Notes under the pieces: generated by a model
Database searches by the model: none
What the model saw: the letters and a program-made list of their open reading frames with translations, nothing else
Told to the model about the DNA's origin: nothing
Part shown: positions 18,870-28,286 of the stretch, in pieces
Numbering within the stretch: the stretch's first letter is position 1
How the letters are laid out: every line of letters begins with the position of its first letter
NCBI GenBank assembly: GCA_964630795.1
Contig: CAZVWF010000004.1
Span: 1,182 to 65,181 of the forward strand
Source: an uncultured Woeseia sp.
GTDB lineage: Bacteria; Pseudomonadota; Gammaproteobacteria; Steroidobacterales; Woeseiaceae
Length of the DNA: 64,000 nt
Reading direction: 5' to 3'
Made by a program: the position numbers and the translations under genes

Positions 18870-19547
18870 ATGGCATTTAACGGTCCGGACTTGCGGGACT
18901 ATCGCAATGTCGTTGTGCTCAACACGGCCTACCTGTCCCTGCTCGGTGACGACCCGGTACTTGCCCGCGGTCTCGCGGGTTGCCGGGACCCTATGCGGCA
19001 GCGATTGATGAACCTGCGTCGTGAAGAGTTTTTGCGGCTCGCGGAGACGCCCTTCCTGTTGTTTTCATTTCGTGAAAAAGACGGTCGTTACTGGGACCAG
19101 GTGCTCGATGAGTCACGCGAACCAGGCCTGTTCCGGACGAGCGGCTCGGAGCCGGTCGATACGCTGGTGTCGGCAGCACTCGGCTTCATCTGGCAATTGG
19201 CGAACCGTAATCCGTACACGTTACGGCTCATTTGCGGAACCACGTTGTACTGGTGCGATCGCATCGCCGAACTGACGTTTTACGAGTTACTCGACGCGGC
19301 CAGAAACACAGGTGATGTCCCATTGCTGCGGGAAAATGCTGCCACTGCGCTCTGGAAAAAGCTGCTGGTCGATGGTGTCAGCGCCAACGGTGACATTCGC
19401 CGGGCGGCGCAACTCGCCTCATTCCAGGGGATACTGACAGAGCCGGTTTCTCCAGGGGTGGCCAGCGGCAACTGGCGGCTTGCGGCAAAGGCCTCGTCGG
19501 CACCCGGACTTCACGTGGGGGACAGTATGGAAAGTTCCAGGCGCTAG
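18870..19547 (+). CDS. hypothetical protein with N-terminal FlhD-like region and about 130-aa C-terminal extension
   Basis: ATG 18870 follows GGGGAGA. The N-terminal segment NTAYLSLL...RLAETPFLLFSFREKD is colinear with E. coli FlhD NLSYLLLA...KLAETNQLVCHFRFD as I remember it. The similarity is weak. Confidence 0.4.
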   Translation: MAFNGPDLRDYRNVVVLNTAYLSLLGDDPVLARGLAGCRDPMRQRLMNLRREEFLRLAETPFLLFSFREKDGRYWDQVLDESREPGLFRTSGSEPVDTLVSAALGFIWQLANRNPYTLRLICGTTLYWCDRIAELTFYELLDAARNTGDVPLLRENAATALWKKLLVDGVSANGDIRRAAQLASFQGILTEPVSPGVASGNWRLAAKASSAPGLHVGDSMESSRR

Positions 19548-19579
19548 TCGGGCAGGCTTTGTATACAATACGCGGCGTC

Positions 19580-20512
19580 ATGCTCGCGCTGTCCATACAA
19601 AACCTGGCAAAAACCTACGAAGGCGGGATCGAAGCGCTGAAAGGCATCAACTTCAGTGTCGAGGCCGGCGACTTCTATGCGCTGCTCGGCCCGAATGGCG
19701 CCGGCAAAACCACCGCTATCGGCATCATCACCTCGCTCGTCAACAAGACGTCGGGCAAGGTGGAGATATTCGGCCACGATATCGACAAAGAACTGGAAGC
19801 GGCCAAGGCCTGCATCGGCCTGGTCCCGCAGGAACTGAACATGAATCAGTTCGATACCGTTCTGAATATCGTCGTCAACCAGGCTGGTTACTATGGCATT
19901 GAGCGTAAAACGGCACTCCAGCGGGCGGAGAAGTACCTGACAGAGCTTCGGTTGTGGGATCGACGAAACAATGATGCCCGTGGCCTTTCCGGCGGTATGA
20001 AACGACGTCTCATGATTGCTCGTGCGCTGATTCACGAGCCCAGGCTGTTGATACTCGATGAACCGACCGCGGGTGTGGACATCGAGATACGGCGTTCGAT
20101 GTGGGAATTCCTGCGGGAGACCAACGAAGCCGGTACGACGATCATCCTGACAACGCATTACCTGGAAGAGGCCGAAAATCTCTGTCGTCACGTGGCGATC
20201 ATCGATGAGGGCCGCATCATCGAGGACGCGCGCATGAGTACCATACTGCGCAAGCTCGAGCGGGAGGTCTTTATCCTGAGTCTTGGTGAACCGCTGTCGG
20301 CTGCGCCGGATCTGAATAGATTCGATACCCGCCTCATCAACGCGTATGAGCTCGAGGTGGCCGTCAACGCGAGAGACGACCTGAACGGGCTCTTCGATGC
20401 GCTGAACCACGAAGGCATCAATGTATTGAGCCTGCGTAACAAGGCAAACCGGCTTGAGGAATTGTTCATGGGTCTCGTCGAAGCCAAACAGTCGAACGGT
20501 GTCGGGAACTGA
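19580..20512 (+). CDS. ABC transporter ATP-binding protein (ABC-2/YadG type)
   Basis: Walker A GPNGAGKTT, signature LSGGMKRR and Walker B LLILDEPT. The start is uncertain (19559 or 19580). Confidence 0.85.
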   Translation: MLALSIQNLAKTYEGGIEALKGINFSVEAGDFYALLGPNGAGKTTAIGIITSLVNKTSGKVEIFGHDIDKELEAAKACIGLVPQELNMNQFDTVLNIVVNQAGYYGIERKTALQRAEKYLTELRLWDRRNNDARGLSGGMKRRLMIARALIHEPRLLILDEPTAGVDIEIRRSMWEFLRETNEAGTTIILTTHYLEEAENLCRHVAIIDEGRIIEDARMSTILRKLEREVFILSLGEPLSAAPDLNRFDTRLINAYELEVAVNARDDLNGLFDALNHEGINVLSLRNKANRLEELFMGLVEAKQSNGVGN

Positions 20513-20515
20513 GCC

Positions 20516-21289
20516 ATGAACTTCAGAGTGAACTGGATCGGTTTCAAGACCATTGTCCGTAAGGAAGTCATTCGCGTCGCCCGGATCTGGGTACAGACCA
20601 TCGTGCCGCCGGCGATCACGATGACGCTTTACTTCATCATATTTGGCAACCTGATCGGTCGCCGTATCGGCGTCATGGACGGCTTCGAATATATGCAGTA
20701 CATCGCGCCCGGGCTCATCATGATGTCAGTCATTACCAATTCGTATGGCAATGTCGTGTCGTCGTTTTTTGGTGCCAAGTTCAGTAAGCATGTTGAGGAA
20801 ATGCTGGTATCGCCGATGTCAAATGCCACCATTATCATCGGTCATGTTGCTGGTGGCGTCATGCGCGGTCTCATGGTTGGCGCGCTGGTGACCGCCATTG
20901 CACTCTTCTTTACAAAGCTGTCCATTGCAAATCCGCTGATCACCTTTTCAATGGTGATCCTGGCGTCCATCGTTTTTGCGCTGTTTGGCTTCGTGAATGC
21001 GGTATTCGCCAAGAAGTTCGACGATATCTCCATCATCCCGACTTTCGTCCTTACACCATTGACGTACCTGGGCGGCGTTTTCTATTCGATTTCCCTGTTG
21101 CCCGAGTTCTGGCAAAAGGTGTCGCTCGGTAATCCGATTCTCTACATGGTGAATGCGTTTCGTTACGGCATCCTCGGTACGTCGGATATCAGTATCGGCT
21201 GGGCCTACCTGCTGGTCAGCGTCTTCGTGGTCGGGCTGTTCTCGCTCAACCTGATCCTGCTTAATCGCGGTGTGGGGATTCGCGAGTAA
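20516..21289 (+). CDS. ABC-2 type transporter permease (YadH type)
   Basis: A multi-span hydrophobic 257-aa protein located 3 nt after the ATPase gene. Confidence 0.8.
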   Translation: MNFRVNWIGFKTIVRKEVIRVARIWVQTIVPPAITMTLYFIIFGNLIGRRIGVMDGFEYMQYIAPGLIMMSVITNSYGNVVSSFFGAKFSKHVEEMLVSPMSNATIIIGHVAGGVMRGLMVGALVTAIALFFTKLSIANPLITFSMVILASIVFALFGFVNAVFAKKFDDISIIPTFVLTPLTYLGGVFYSISLLPEFWQKVSLGNPILYMVNAFRYGILGTSDISIGWAYLLVSVFVVGLFSLNLILLNRGVGIRE

Positions 21290-21290
21290 C

Positions 21291-21959
21291 ATGTGTGGAC
21301 GTTTCGCCTTTTATTCACCGGCTGAGGCGACTGCGGCGCTCTTCGGTGTCAGTGGTTCACTCGACATCGAACCGCGCTACAACATTGCGCCAACCCAGTA
21401 CATAGCAGCGATCCGGAACGAAGAAGAGGCGCTGGCGGAGCTGACAAGTTTTCGCTGGGGACTTGTGCCATCCTGGGCCAGGGATCCCTCGATCGGCAGT
21501 CGCATGATCAATGCGCGTGCGGAAACCGTCGCTGAGAAACCCTCCTTTCGAAACGCGTATCGCAAGCGCCGCTGCCTGATACTGGCAGACGGTTTCTATG
21601 AGTGGCACACCGAGGGCGGTGCCAAGACCCCATACTTCATTTCACTCGCAAGTAGCGAGCCGTTTGCATTTGCCGGCCTGTGGGAACACTGGCAATGCAA
21701 GGAAACCGGCGAGACCCTGGAGACGACAACGATAGTGACCACGGCGGCTAACGATTACCTGTCGCAATTGCATCAACGGATGCCGGTCGTGCTGCAGCCC
21801 GACAATGCGCCGCGCTGGTTGGGGGGCGACATGGAACTGATCGAGGAAGCCGCGATCAATGCGCCGGCGTTTCAGGCCTGGCCGGTGGATAGAAAGGTCA
21901 ATAACGCCCGTAATGAATCGCCGGACCTGAACGACCCCGCGGGCGAACCGGTCAAGTAG
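21291..21959 (+). CDS. yedK: SOS-response-associated peptidase (SRAP/YedK family, abasic-site sensor)
   Basis: The N-terminus MCGRFA carries the catalytic Cys2. Size is about 222 aa. The tracked start at 21270 is judged an extension. Confidence 0.8.
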   Translation: MCGRFAFYSPAEATAALFGVSGSLDIEPRYNIAPTQYIAAIRNEEEALAELTSFRWGLVPSWARDPSIGSRMINARAETVAEKPSFRNAYRKRRCLILADGFYEWHTEGGAKTPYFISLASSEPFAFAGLWEHWQCKETGETLETTTIVTTAANDYLSQLHQRMPVVLQPDNAPRWLGGDMELIEEAAINAPAFQAWPVDRKVNNARNESPDLNDPAGEPVK

Positions 21960-23784
21960 CAGCTTTCGGGTCCAGGGCGTCCTGGACCGACACGACGAGG
22001 CTGCCCGGACCGCCGTGTGCACCAATTGCAGAGCCCATCGCCGTGACATGGCAACGCTCGACTTCGGGGAAGGCCTCTTCCAGCAGGGACTGCAGGGCGA
22101 GGGCATCGTGCTCGCATACCGCGTGACCTATGGACAAACGCTTCGGACCGTTCTGCCCGGCATGTCGCGCGACGTAGCGCGCGAATCCCGGCAACACATC
22201 CTTTCGGCCCGGCAAAACACCGCTGGTTACGATGCGGCCATCAGTGGTTGTACGCAATACCGGTGTCAGATTCAGCCAGTCGGCGATCCATTTGCGGCTT
22301 GACGGAACCCTGCCGCCGCGCACGGCGTATTGCAGATCCCGAATGAGCGCATAGGTGGTGGTTCGCGGAATGACCCTGTTCAACATGGCAATTGTTGCAT
22401 CAACATCCAGCCCGGCTTCGGCACATTCCGCAGCAAAGACCGCGAGCTGGCCCTGCCCAACGGAGGCATTGTGCGAATTGATCACATGGATTCGCCCGTT
22501 GGCGTCGGTTCTCGTCGCAGCGGACTCCGCGGCCTGGAAGGTGCCGCTGACCTGCGGGGTGAGATTGATGGAAATGACGTCGTCAAAGTGACTGGCGAGA
22601 TGCTGGAATTGCCGTCGAAAATCGCCAGGCGCAGGTTGTGAGGTCGTGGCGGGTGTGGCATTTCGCGAGAGTTGTTCGAAGAACTCCTCTGTCGAGATGC
22701 TCACCTTGTCGAGGTAGCTACGTTCACCGAACTGGACGCGACAGGGCACCATGTGAATGTCGAGGCGTTCCAGGTCTTCCTCAGGGATATCGGCAGCGGA
22801 ATCGGTAATGACCGCGAATCCCTGTCGTCGATCCCGGGTGCTGGCGTGTTGCCGATGCATGTCATCGGCCTTCACATGACTTAATTTGCCGTACTGCCCC
22901 GCCAGCGAGAAGATCACATCAGGTTCATTCACATGGATATGAATCTTCGCCTTGCGCCTGGTGCCGGCAAGCACCAGCGAGTCACCATGCACGGATAATT
23001 GTTCGCGAAGTTTGCGACGATGGATATTGTCGCCGGTGACGACGCACTCCGTGCAGTATCTGAAGGTGAGATCAGCGGGGGTTTCGGTGTCGCTGATGAT
23101 CGCACTTGCGATGGTCGTGGCGCTGTCCGGCGCCTCCGTTATCTCGCCATTGACGAGATATTCCGTCACGCCTTCCATCAGGGTAACGAAGCCTTGTGCG
23201 CCCGCATCGACTACGCCGGCCTTCTTCAGCACGTCCAGCTGAAACTCCGTTCGCGCCAGGGCTTCTTGCGTTGCGGACAACGCCCGCTTTAACGAGGCGC
23301 CAGGCGATGTGCCCGGATCTTCCCGGACATGCGCGTGAAGGCTGCGGGCAAATACATCAATCACAGACAGAATGGTGCCTTCCCGCGGTACGTCCAGCGC
23401 GTCGCGCGCGTACCGATTGCCGGTGACGATGGCGTCAGACAAGCTTTGCGCGGTGAATTCGGCAAGATCCTCAGCCGAGTCGCTCAGCCCCTGGAAGAAC
23501 TGAGCGACGATTGCACCGGAATTTCCCCGGGCATTGTCGAGCAGCTGATCGGCGAGTCCGGCCAGAAAGTGACCCATTTGATGGCTGCCGGGTTGCAACA
23601 GTGTGTTGAGTGTTGCGCCCAGCGACAGGCACAGGTTGGTACCGGTGTCGCCATCGGCAACGGGAAAAACATTGATTCGGTTCAGCAACTCCTGCTGCCG
23701 GATTACGCGATGAATGCCGGAACGCAGCCCGGACGCCAGCTCACTGACGCCCAGGGGAAATTGCGCTGCCGGGTCGGCCGTCAA
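21952..23784 (-). CDS. DAK2 (DhaL-like) domain fused to DegV-family fatty-acid-binding domain
   Basis: N-terminal DAK2 hallmark NVFPVADGDTGTNL. The C-terminal half begins with the classic DegV signature FAVITDSAADIPEEDLERLDIHMVPCRVQFGERSYLD. Confidence 0.7.
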   Translation of the reverse strand: MTADPAAQFPLGVSELASGLRSGIHRVIRQQELLNRINVFPVADGDTGTNLCLSLGATLNTLLQPGSHQMGHFLAGLADQLLDNARGNSGAIVAQFFQGLSDSAEDLAEFTAQSLSDAIVTGNRYARDALDVPREGTILSVIDVFARSLHAHVREDPGTSPGASLKRALSATQEALARTEFQLDVLKKAGVVDAGAQGFVTLMEGVTEYLVNGEITEAPDSATTIASAIISDTETPADLTFRYCTECVVTGDNIHRRKLREQLSVHGDSLVLAGTRRKAKIHIHVNEPDVIFSLAGQYGKLSHVKADDMHRQHASTRDRRQGFAVITDSAADIPEEDLERLDIHMVPCRVQFGERSYLDKVSISTEEFFEQLSRNATPATTSQPAPGDFRRQFQHLASHFDDVISINLTPQVSGTFQAAESAATRTDANGRIHVINSHNASVGQGQLAVFAAECAEAGLDVDATIAMLNRVIPRTTTYALIRDLQYAVRGGRVPSSRKWIADWLNLTPVLRTTTDGRIVTSGVLPGRKDVLPGFARYVARHAGQNGPKRLSIGHAVCEHDALALQSLLEEAFPEVERCHVTAMGSAIGAHGGPGSLVVSVQDALDPKAAT

Positions 23785-23792
23785 ACCGGTCG

Positions 23793-24425
23793 TTACTCGC
23801 GCGGCAGCAGGAAGCGCGTTCCCATATAGTCGAGCACGACGCCTTCCGGCACGATCTCGCTGACACGCAGTCCCGTGCTCAAAGTCGCGGATTCCGTGTA
23901 CTTGGACATATTGACAAACACGAAGCGGTCCGCGGGGCGATCGCTGTAGACGTGTATGTCGAGGTGCATGTCCGGCAATGGTAACTGCCCATTCGCCCGC
24001 AGCTCGTTAAAAGTAGGCAGGCCCTCGGTCACGGGCCGGGCAGGCGCAGGCAGTGCCGCGGCGGTCTCCACCGGTATCTCGACAATCGTCTCCGCCTCAC
24101 GGGCCTCGCGCACGGCGGGTTCGGTGACCGGCGGCGGTGTGCTGCGCCCGGGTTCACGGACGCTCTCCGAAAATGTCTCCGGTGCAGGTTCCGAAGCGGG
24201 TGCCGGTGTGGCAGCCACCGTGGCCGACTGATCGGGCGCCGGCCCGGGCCGCATCATGATGGCCGCGAGGACGACCAGATTGATGATGAGCAATCCTCCA
24301 ACGATCCATGGCCAACGCGCGTTGCCCTGTTTCTGGCTGGTCTCCGGAATACTGGCGATGCTCGGCGCACCCTGCCGCTGCCGTTCGGTTTCTGACTTCT
24401 TCAGCGCGTCGAGGATAAATGACAT
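23793..24425 (-). CDS. gspB: general secretion pathway protein B (GspB/ExeB)-like
   Basis: N-terminal MSFILDALKKSETERQ, a single TM segment, a Pro/Ala-rich linker and a conserved C-terminal domain. The start is chosen at ATG 24425, 10 nt after the exeA stop. Confidence 0.65.
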   Translation of the reverse strand: MSFILDALKKSETERQRQGAPSIASIPETSQKQGNARWPWIVGGLLIINLVVLAAIMMRPGPAPDQSATVAATPAPASEPAPETFSESVREPGRSTPPPVTEPAVREAREAETIVEIPVETAAALPAPARPVTEGLPTFNELRANGQLPLPDMHLDIHVYSDRPADRFVFVNMSKYTESATLSTGLRVSEIVPEGVVLDYMGTRFLLPRE

Positions 24426-24435
24426 CGGCGTCCGC

Positions 24436-26064
24436 TCAGTTAGTCGGCGAAAGTCGCGGCGTGCCGTCGACCGCGAGGAGTGAATTGATGATGATGATCG
24501 TCTTTTGTCCTGCAATCCCGTCCGCTTCGAGACGGTGCTGTCGCTGGAAAGCGATCAGCTGTTCCTGGAGTTCTGTGTCAAATACGTCGGGATTTCCACT
24601 CGTTGAATTGAAACCGGTGCCGATGGTCGCGAGGCTTTGCCGAAGCCAGCGGACGTTCTCGCTCTCCATGCCGGGACCGATCGACTCGTCATTATCGTTG
24701 GCCGGGCGCCAGAGCAACAGAAACTGGCCAAGCCAGTAGTCGGTAAGCGCATCGAGGCCAACGTTAACGTATCCATCGGCAACGGCCAGCTGTGCCGACT
24801 GATCATCAAGCCCCGTCAACGCAACATCGAAGGACTCGCCATCGCTGCTCGTTAGTGTGAGCACGACGGGTCGATCGAGTTGCCGCAGGTTTTCCCAGTT
24901 GCCGCGCTGGAAGTAACAGCGCAATCCGGCCGCTTCGGCTTGCGCACAGGCCGAACCTGCGGCGGGGTCGTAGGCGACACCCCACATTCCGAGCAAAGAC
25001 GTATATCCCGTCGCGTCCTGGTAGTTCGCGAACAACCGATCGATATCCGCCAGCGCTGCGTCGGGCATGGTCTCCACTGTCGACTCGTCGGGTTCGGCTT
25101 CTGCCTCAGCAGGTTCTTCGATCGGCGCCGTAATCGTGGCGGATTCCGCCAACGGCGTGTTCCCGGCAAAGTTGTCCCACATGACCGCTCCCGCGAGTAC
25201 CAGGCTGGTAACACCGAGGGCCGGTACAAGCCAGCGCATCGCGCCTGGCCGAACTTTCTGGCCTGACACTTCGGACGCGGCATTGCGAACCAGCGACTTG
25301 TCTACTGTGCGTGACTCCTGGCTATAGGCACCGAGCAGCGCACGGTCGCAAATTACGTTGATGATCCTCGGTACGCCACCGGACAGGCGATAGACCTCGC
25401 GCTTGGCTGAACGGTTGAAAATTTCGGTCAGTGCGCCCGCAACCCGAAGCCGGTGGTCGATGTAGTTGAAGGTCTCTTCGCTGGACAGGGGTTCGAGGTG
25501 ATACCGCCCCGTGACCCGTTGCGCGAGCTGGCGAAGATTTTCCTGCGCGAGTTTCTCGCGCAATTCGGGTTGAGCGATCAGGATGATCTGCAGCAATTTC
25601 TGGCGGGCAGTCTCGAGATTGGTCAGCAGTCGCAACTGCTCGAGCACGCTGTCGGAGAGATTTTGCGCCTCGTCGATCAACAGGATGATGCGCCGACCCT
25701 GCGAGTGGGCGTCCAGAAGGTGGCGGTTCAGCGCATCTACGAGTGCCTTGGCGCTGTAGCGTTCCCGGGGCCGTTCGATACCCAGTTCCTCACAGATAGC
25801 TGCCAGGAATTCGACCGCGGTGAGTTGCGGATTGAGTATGAGCGCGATGTCGACCTCGGACGGAATTTGCCCGAGGAGGGTGCGCACCAGCGTGGTCTTG
25901 CCGGTGCCAACCTCGCCGGTCAGCTGGATGAAGCCACCGCTGTCGGTGACGCCATAGACCAGGTGCGCCAGTCCCTCACCGTGCCGTTCGCTCATGAACA
26001 GGTACCGCGGGTCAGGCGTTATCGTGAACGGCTTTTCGTTGAGACCAAAGAAACTTGTGTACAT
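24436..26064 (-). CDS. exeA: ExeA/GspA-type AAA ATPase with C-terminal peptidoglycan-binding domain
   Basis: N-terminal FGLNEKPFTITPDPRYLF, Walker A GEVGTGKTT, one TM segment, and a C-terminal PG-binding repeat (LIAFQRQHRLEADGIAGQKT). Confidence 0.8.
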   Translation of the reverse strand: MYTSFFGLNEKPFTITPDPRYLFMSERHGEGLAHLVYGVTDSGGFIQLTGEVGTGKTTLVRTLLGQIPSEVDIALILNPQLTAVEFLAAICEELGIERPRERYSAKALVDALNRHLLDAHSQGRRIILLIDEAQNLSDSVLEQLRLLTNLETARQKLLQIILIAQPELREKLAQENLRQLAQRVTGRYHLEPLSSEETFNYIDHRLRVAGALTEIFNRSAKREVYRLSGGVPRIINVICDRALLGAYSQESRTVDKSLVRNAASEVSGQKVRPGAMRWLVPALGVTSLVLAGAVMWDNFAGNTPLAESATITAPIEEPAEAEAEPDESTVETMPDAALADIDRLFANYQDATGYTSLLGMWGVAYDPAAGSACAQAEAAGLRCYFQRGNWENLRQLDRPVVLTLTSSDGESFDVALTGLDDQSAQLAVADGYVNVGLDALTDYWLGQFLLLWRPANDNDESIGPGMESENVRWLRQSLATIGTGFNSTSGNPDVFDTELQEQLIAFQRQHRLEADGIAGQKTIIIINSLLAVDGTPRLSPTN

Positions 26065-26096
26065 TCCGCGGAACCCAAAGACTGGTGCGTCCGATT

Positions 26097-27272
26097 TTAC
26101 CTGATTTGGTCGGGAACCATCGCGCCGGCGCGCGCCAGCGATTCGTCACCGAAGCGGTCGCGAATGTCATCGACTGCCTGATCGAGCGGGGAGGACCCCT
26201 CCGTTGCCGTCTCTGCGAACAGATCCGGCTGTGTGTCCTTGCTGAAATCGCTGCCACCGACGCCGAGTAAACGGACGTTGGCCCCCGGATACTCGGCAAG
26301 CCACGCATCCAGCAGGCGCAGCGCACAGGCATATATTGTGTCGGTGGTGTTGCCGGGCGGCCGAAGAGCACACTGTCGGCTAAAGGTCGTGAAGTCCGCC
26401 TGCCTGATCTTGATCTGTACGGTACCGGCGACGAGGTCTTTGGCGCGGATTCGACTCGCGGTACGTTCGCAAAGGCGCAGCAATTCGCGCCGCATCTCCT
26501 TCTGCTCCGCAAGATCTGTATTGAAGGTGACCTCGGCGCTGATTGATTTGTCAGTACGGGACGGTTCGACCGGCCGGTCATCGATGCCGGCAGCGCGGTC
26601 GCGCGTTCTTTGCGTAAATCGGCCAAAAATCGGCTCAAGATCCCGATCCGGCGCAAGCCGCAGATCAGCGATCGTGTATATGCCGACGCGATTCAGCTTG
26701 CTGAGTGTTTCGGGCCCGATGCCAGGAATGACTCGTACGGTCAGGGGGTCAAGCACGGCCTGCCGATTGGCCCCGGTGACCACGGTGAGGCCGTTTGGCT
26801 TGTCGAGGTCCGACGCGATCTTCGCGACGAGTTTGTTTGGCGCTACGCCGACGGACGCCGTCAGCGACGTGCGTTCCAGGACACGATGCTTGACCTCTCG
26901 CGCAATGCTCACGTCGTCGCCGAATAAATGCAGGCTCGAGGTCACATCGAGAAAGGCCTCGTCCAGCGAGAGACCTTCGACGAGCGGCGTGAATTCGCGA
27001 AATATCGAAAATATTTCTTTCGACACGGACCGGTAGTGCGACATTCGCAGCGGGATGCGGATGAGTTCCGGGCAGCGGCGCATTGCATCACGCATAGACA
27101 TTGCCGATCGAACGCCGAACTTGCGGGCTTCATAGCTGGCGGCGGCCACGACACCGCGGGTCTGGCCGCCGACGACAACGGCTTTGCCGCGCAGGGACGG
27201 ATCGTCGCGCTGCTCGATCGATGCGTAAAACGCATCCATGTCGACATGGAGAATATTGCGCGGGGCTGTCAT
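26097..27272 (-). CDS. dinB: DNA polymerase IV
   Basis: ILHVDMDAFYASIEQRD, a Y-family polymerase of about 391 aa. The start overlaps the ispA stop (ATGA). Confidence 0.92.
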   Translation of the reverse strand: MTAPRNILHVDMDAFYASIEQRDDPSLRGKAVVVGGQTRGVVAAASYEARKFGVRSAMSMRDAMRRCPELIRIPLRMSHYRSVSKEIFSIFREFTPLVEGLSLDEAFLDVTSSLHLFGDDVSIAREVKHRVLERTSLTASVGVAPNKLVAKIASDLDKPNGLTVVTGANRQAVLDPLTVRVIPGIGPETLSKLNRVGIYTIADLRLAPDRDLEPIFGRFTQRTRDRAAGIDDRPVEPSRTDKSISAEVTFNTDLAEQKEMRRELLRLCERTASRIRAKDLVAGTVQIKIRQADFTTFSRQCALRPPGNTTDTIYACALRLLDAWLAEYPGANVRLLGVGGSDFSKDTQPDLFAETATEGSSPLDQAVDDIRDRFGDESLARAGAMVPDQIR

Positions 27273-28177
27273 TGCACGCGGTCGACGATCAGGGTCGCGA
27301 GGAAGCGCAATGAATCTGAGGCGTCGCCGAACGCGTCCAGGGAATCTTTCGCTGACTCGTACAGTTCCCGGCAGCGGCGCTTGCTTTCGTCTATCCCGAA
27401 CAAGGCGGGCCAGGTTGCTTTATTGAGCGCTTGGTCCGATCCTGACGGCTTGCCGATTACGTCTGTCTCGCCCTCGACATCAAGAATGTCATCGCGAATC
27501 TGGAAGGCGAGCCCGATGTCGCGCGAATAACGCGCCATGGCATCGAAACTGGATCCCTGTAGATTCGTCGCCAGGCAGCAGGCCGACATGACCGAAGCGC
27601 TGATCAATGCGCCGGTCTTCAGTCCGTGCATCGTGGCGAGTTCGTCGACGGACAGCGCACGACCTTCCGATTCTAGATCGATTGCCTGACCGCCCGTCAT
27701 GCCGAGAGAACCACAGGCACCCGCGATCAGTGCGATCAGCTGGCGCGACTCGGAATCCGTGAGTTGATCCGCGGTTGCAATGAGCTCGAAGGCAAGCGGT
27801 TGCAATGCATCAGCGGCCAGGATGGCGGTCGCTTCGTCATACTGGCGGTGTACGGTCGGTCGTCCGCGTCGCAAGTCATCGTCGTCCATGGCTGGCAAAT
27901 CATCGTGGACCAACGAAAAGGCGTGGATGAATTCGATCGCGGCCGCCGGAACGTCAAGGCGGTCCGGATCGATGCCGAGACATTCGCCCGTTGCATAGAC
28001 CAGTAACGGGCGGATACGCTTGCCACCGGATAATGCCGCATAGCGCATCGCACTGTGCAATCGGTCGGGGGCCTGGTTTTGGGCCGGCAGTGCGGCATCC
28101 ATGTAGCGCTCAACCCGGCTGACATAGCCAGGCATTCTCGTGGAGAAATTCGTGTCTTCCGGGTCCAGGCGGGTCAT
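27269..28177 (-). CDS. ispA: farnesyl diphosphate synthase (geranyltranstransferase)
   Basis: First Asp-rich motif LVHDDLPAMDDDDLRRG, second QIRDDILD, and GGKRIRP. The start is uncertain (28177 or 28135). Confidence 0.9.
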   Translation of the reverse strand: MTRLDPEDTNFSTRMPGYVSRVERYMDAALPAQNQAPDRLHSAMRYAALSGGKRIRPLLVYATGECLGIDPDRLDVPAAAIEFIHAFSLVHDDLPAMDDDDLRRGRPTVHRQYDEATAILAADALQPLAFELIATADQLTDSESRQLIALIAGACGSLGMTGGQAIDLESEGRALSVDELATMHGLKTGALISASVMSACCLATNLQGSSFDAMARYSRDIGLAFQIRDDILDVEGETDVIGKPSGSDQALNKATWPALFGIDESKRRCRELYESAKDSLDAFGDASDSLRFLATLIVDRVQ

Positions 28178-28247
28178 TCACGCAAGCGTACACGATTAAT
28201 CGGATGCGAGCCCGGCCGTGATCAGGGCGTGACTTGAGCAGGTGTCC

Positions 28248-28253
28248 TATAAT
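28248..28253 (+). promoter_or_regulatory. possible -10 box (TATAAT) for the mevalonate operon
   Basis: A perfect TATAAT lies 34 nt upstream of ATG 28287. There is no convincing -35 element. Confidence 0.25.
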
Positions 28254-28286
28254 CCCGCTCCCGGCGAGACAACGACCCGACAGAAA

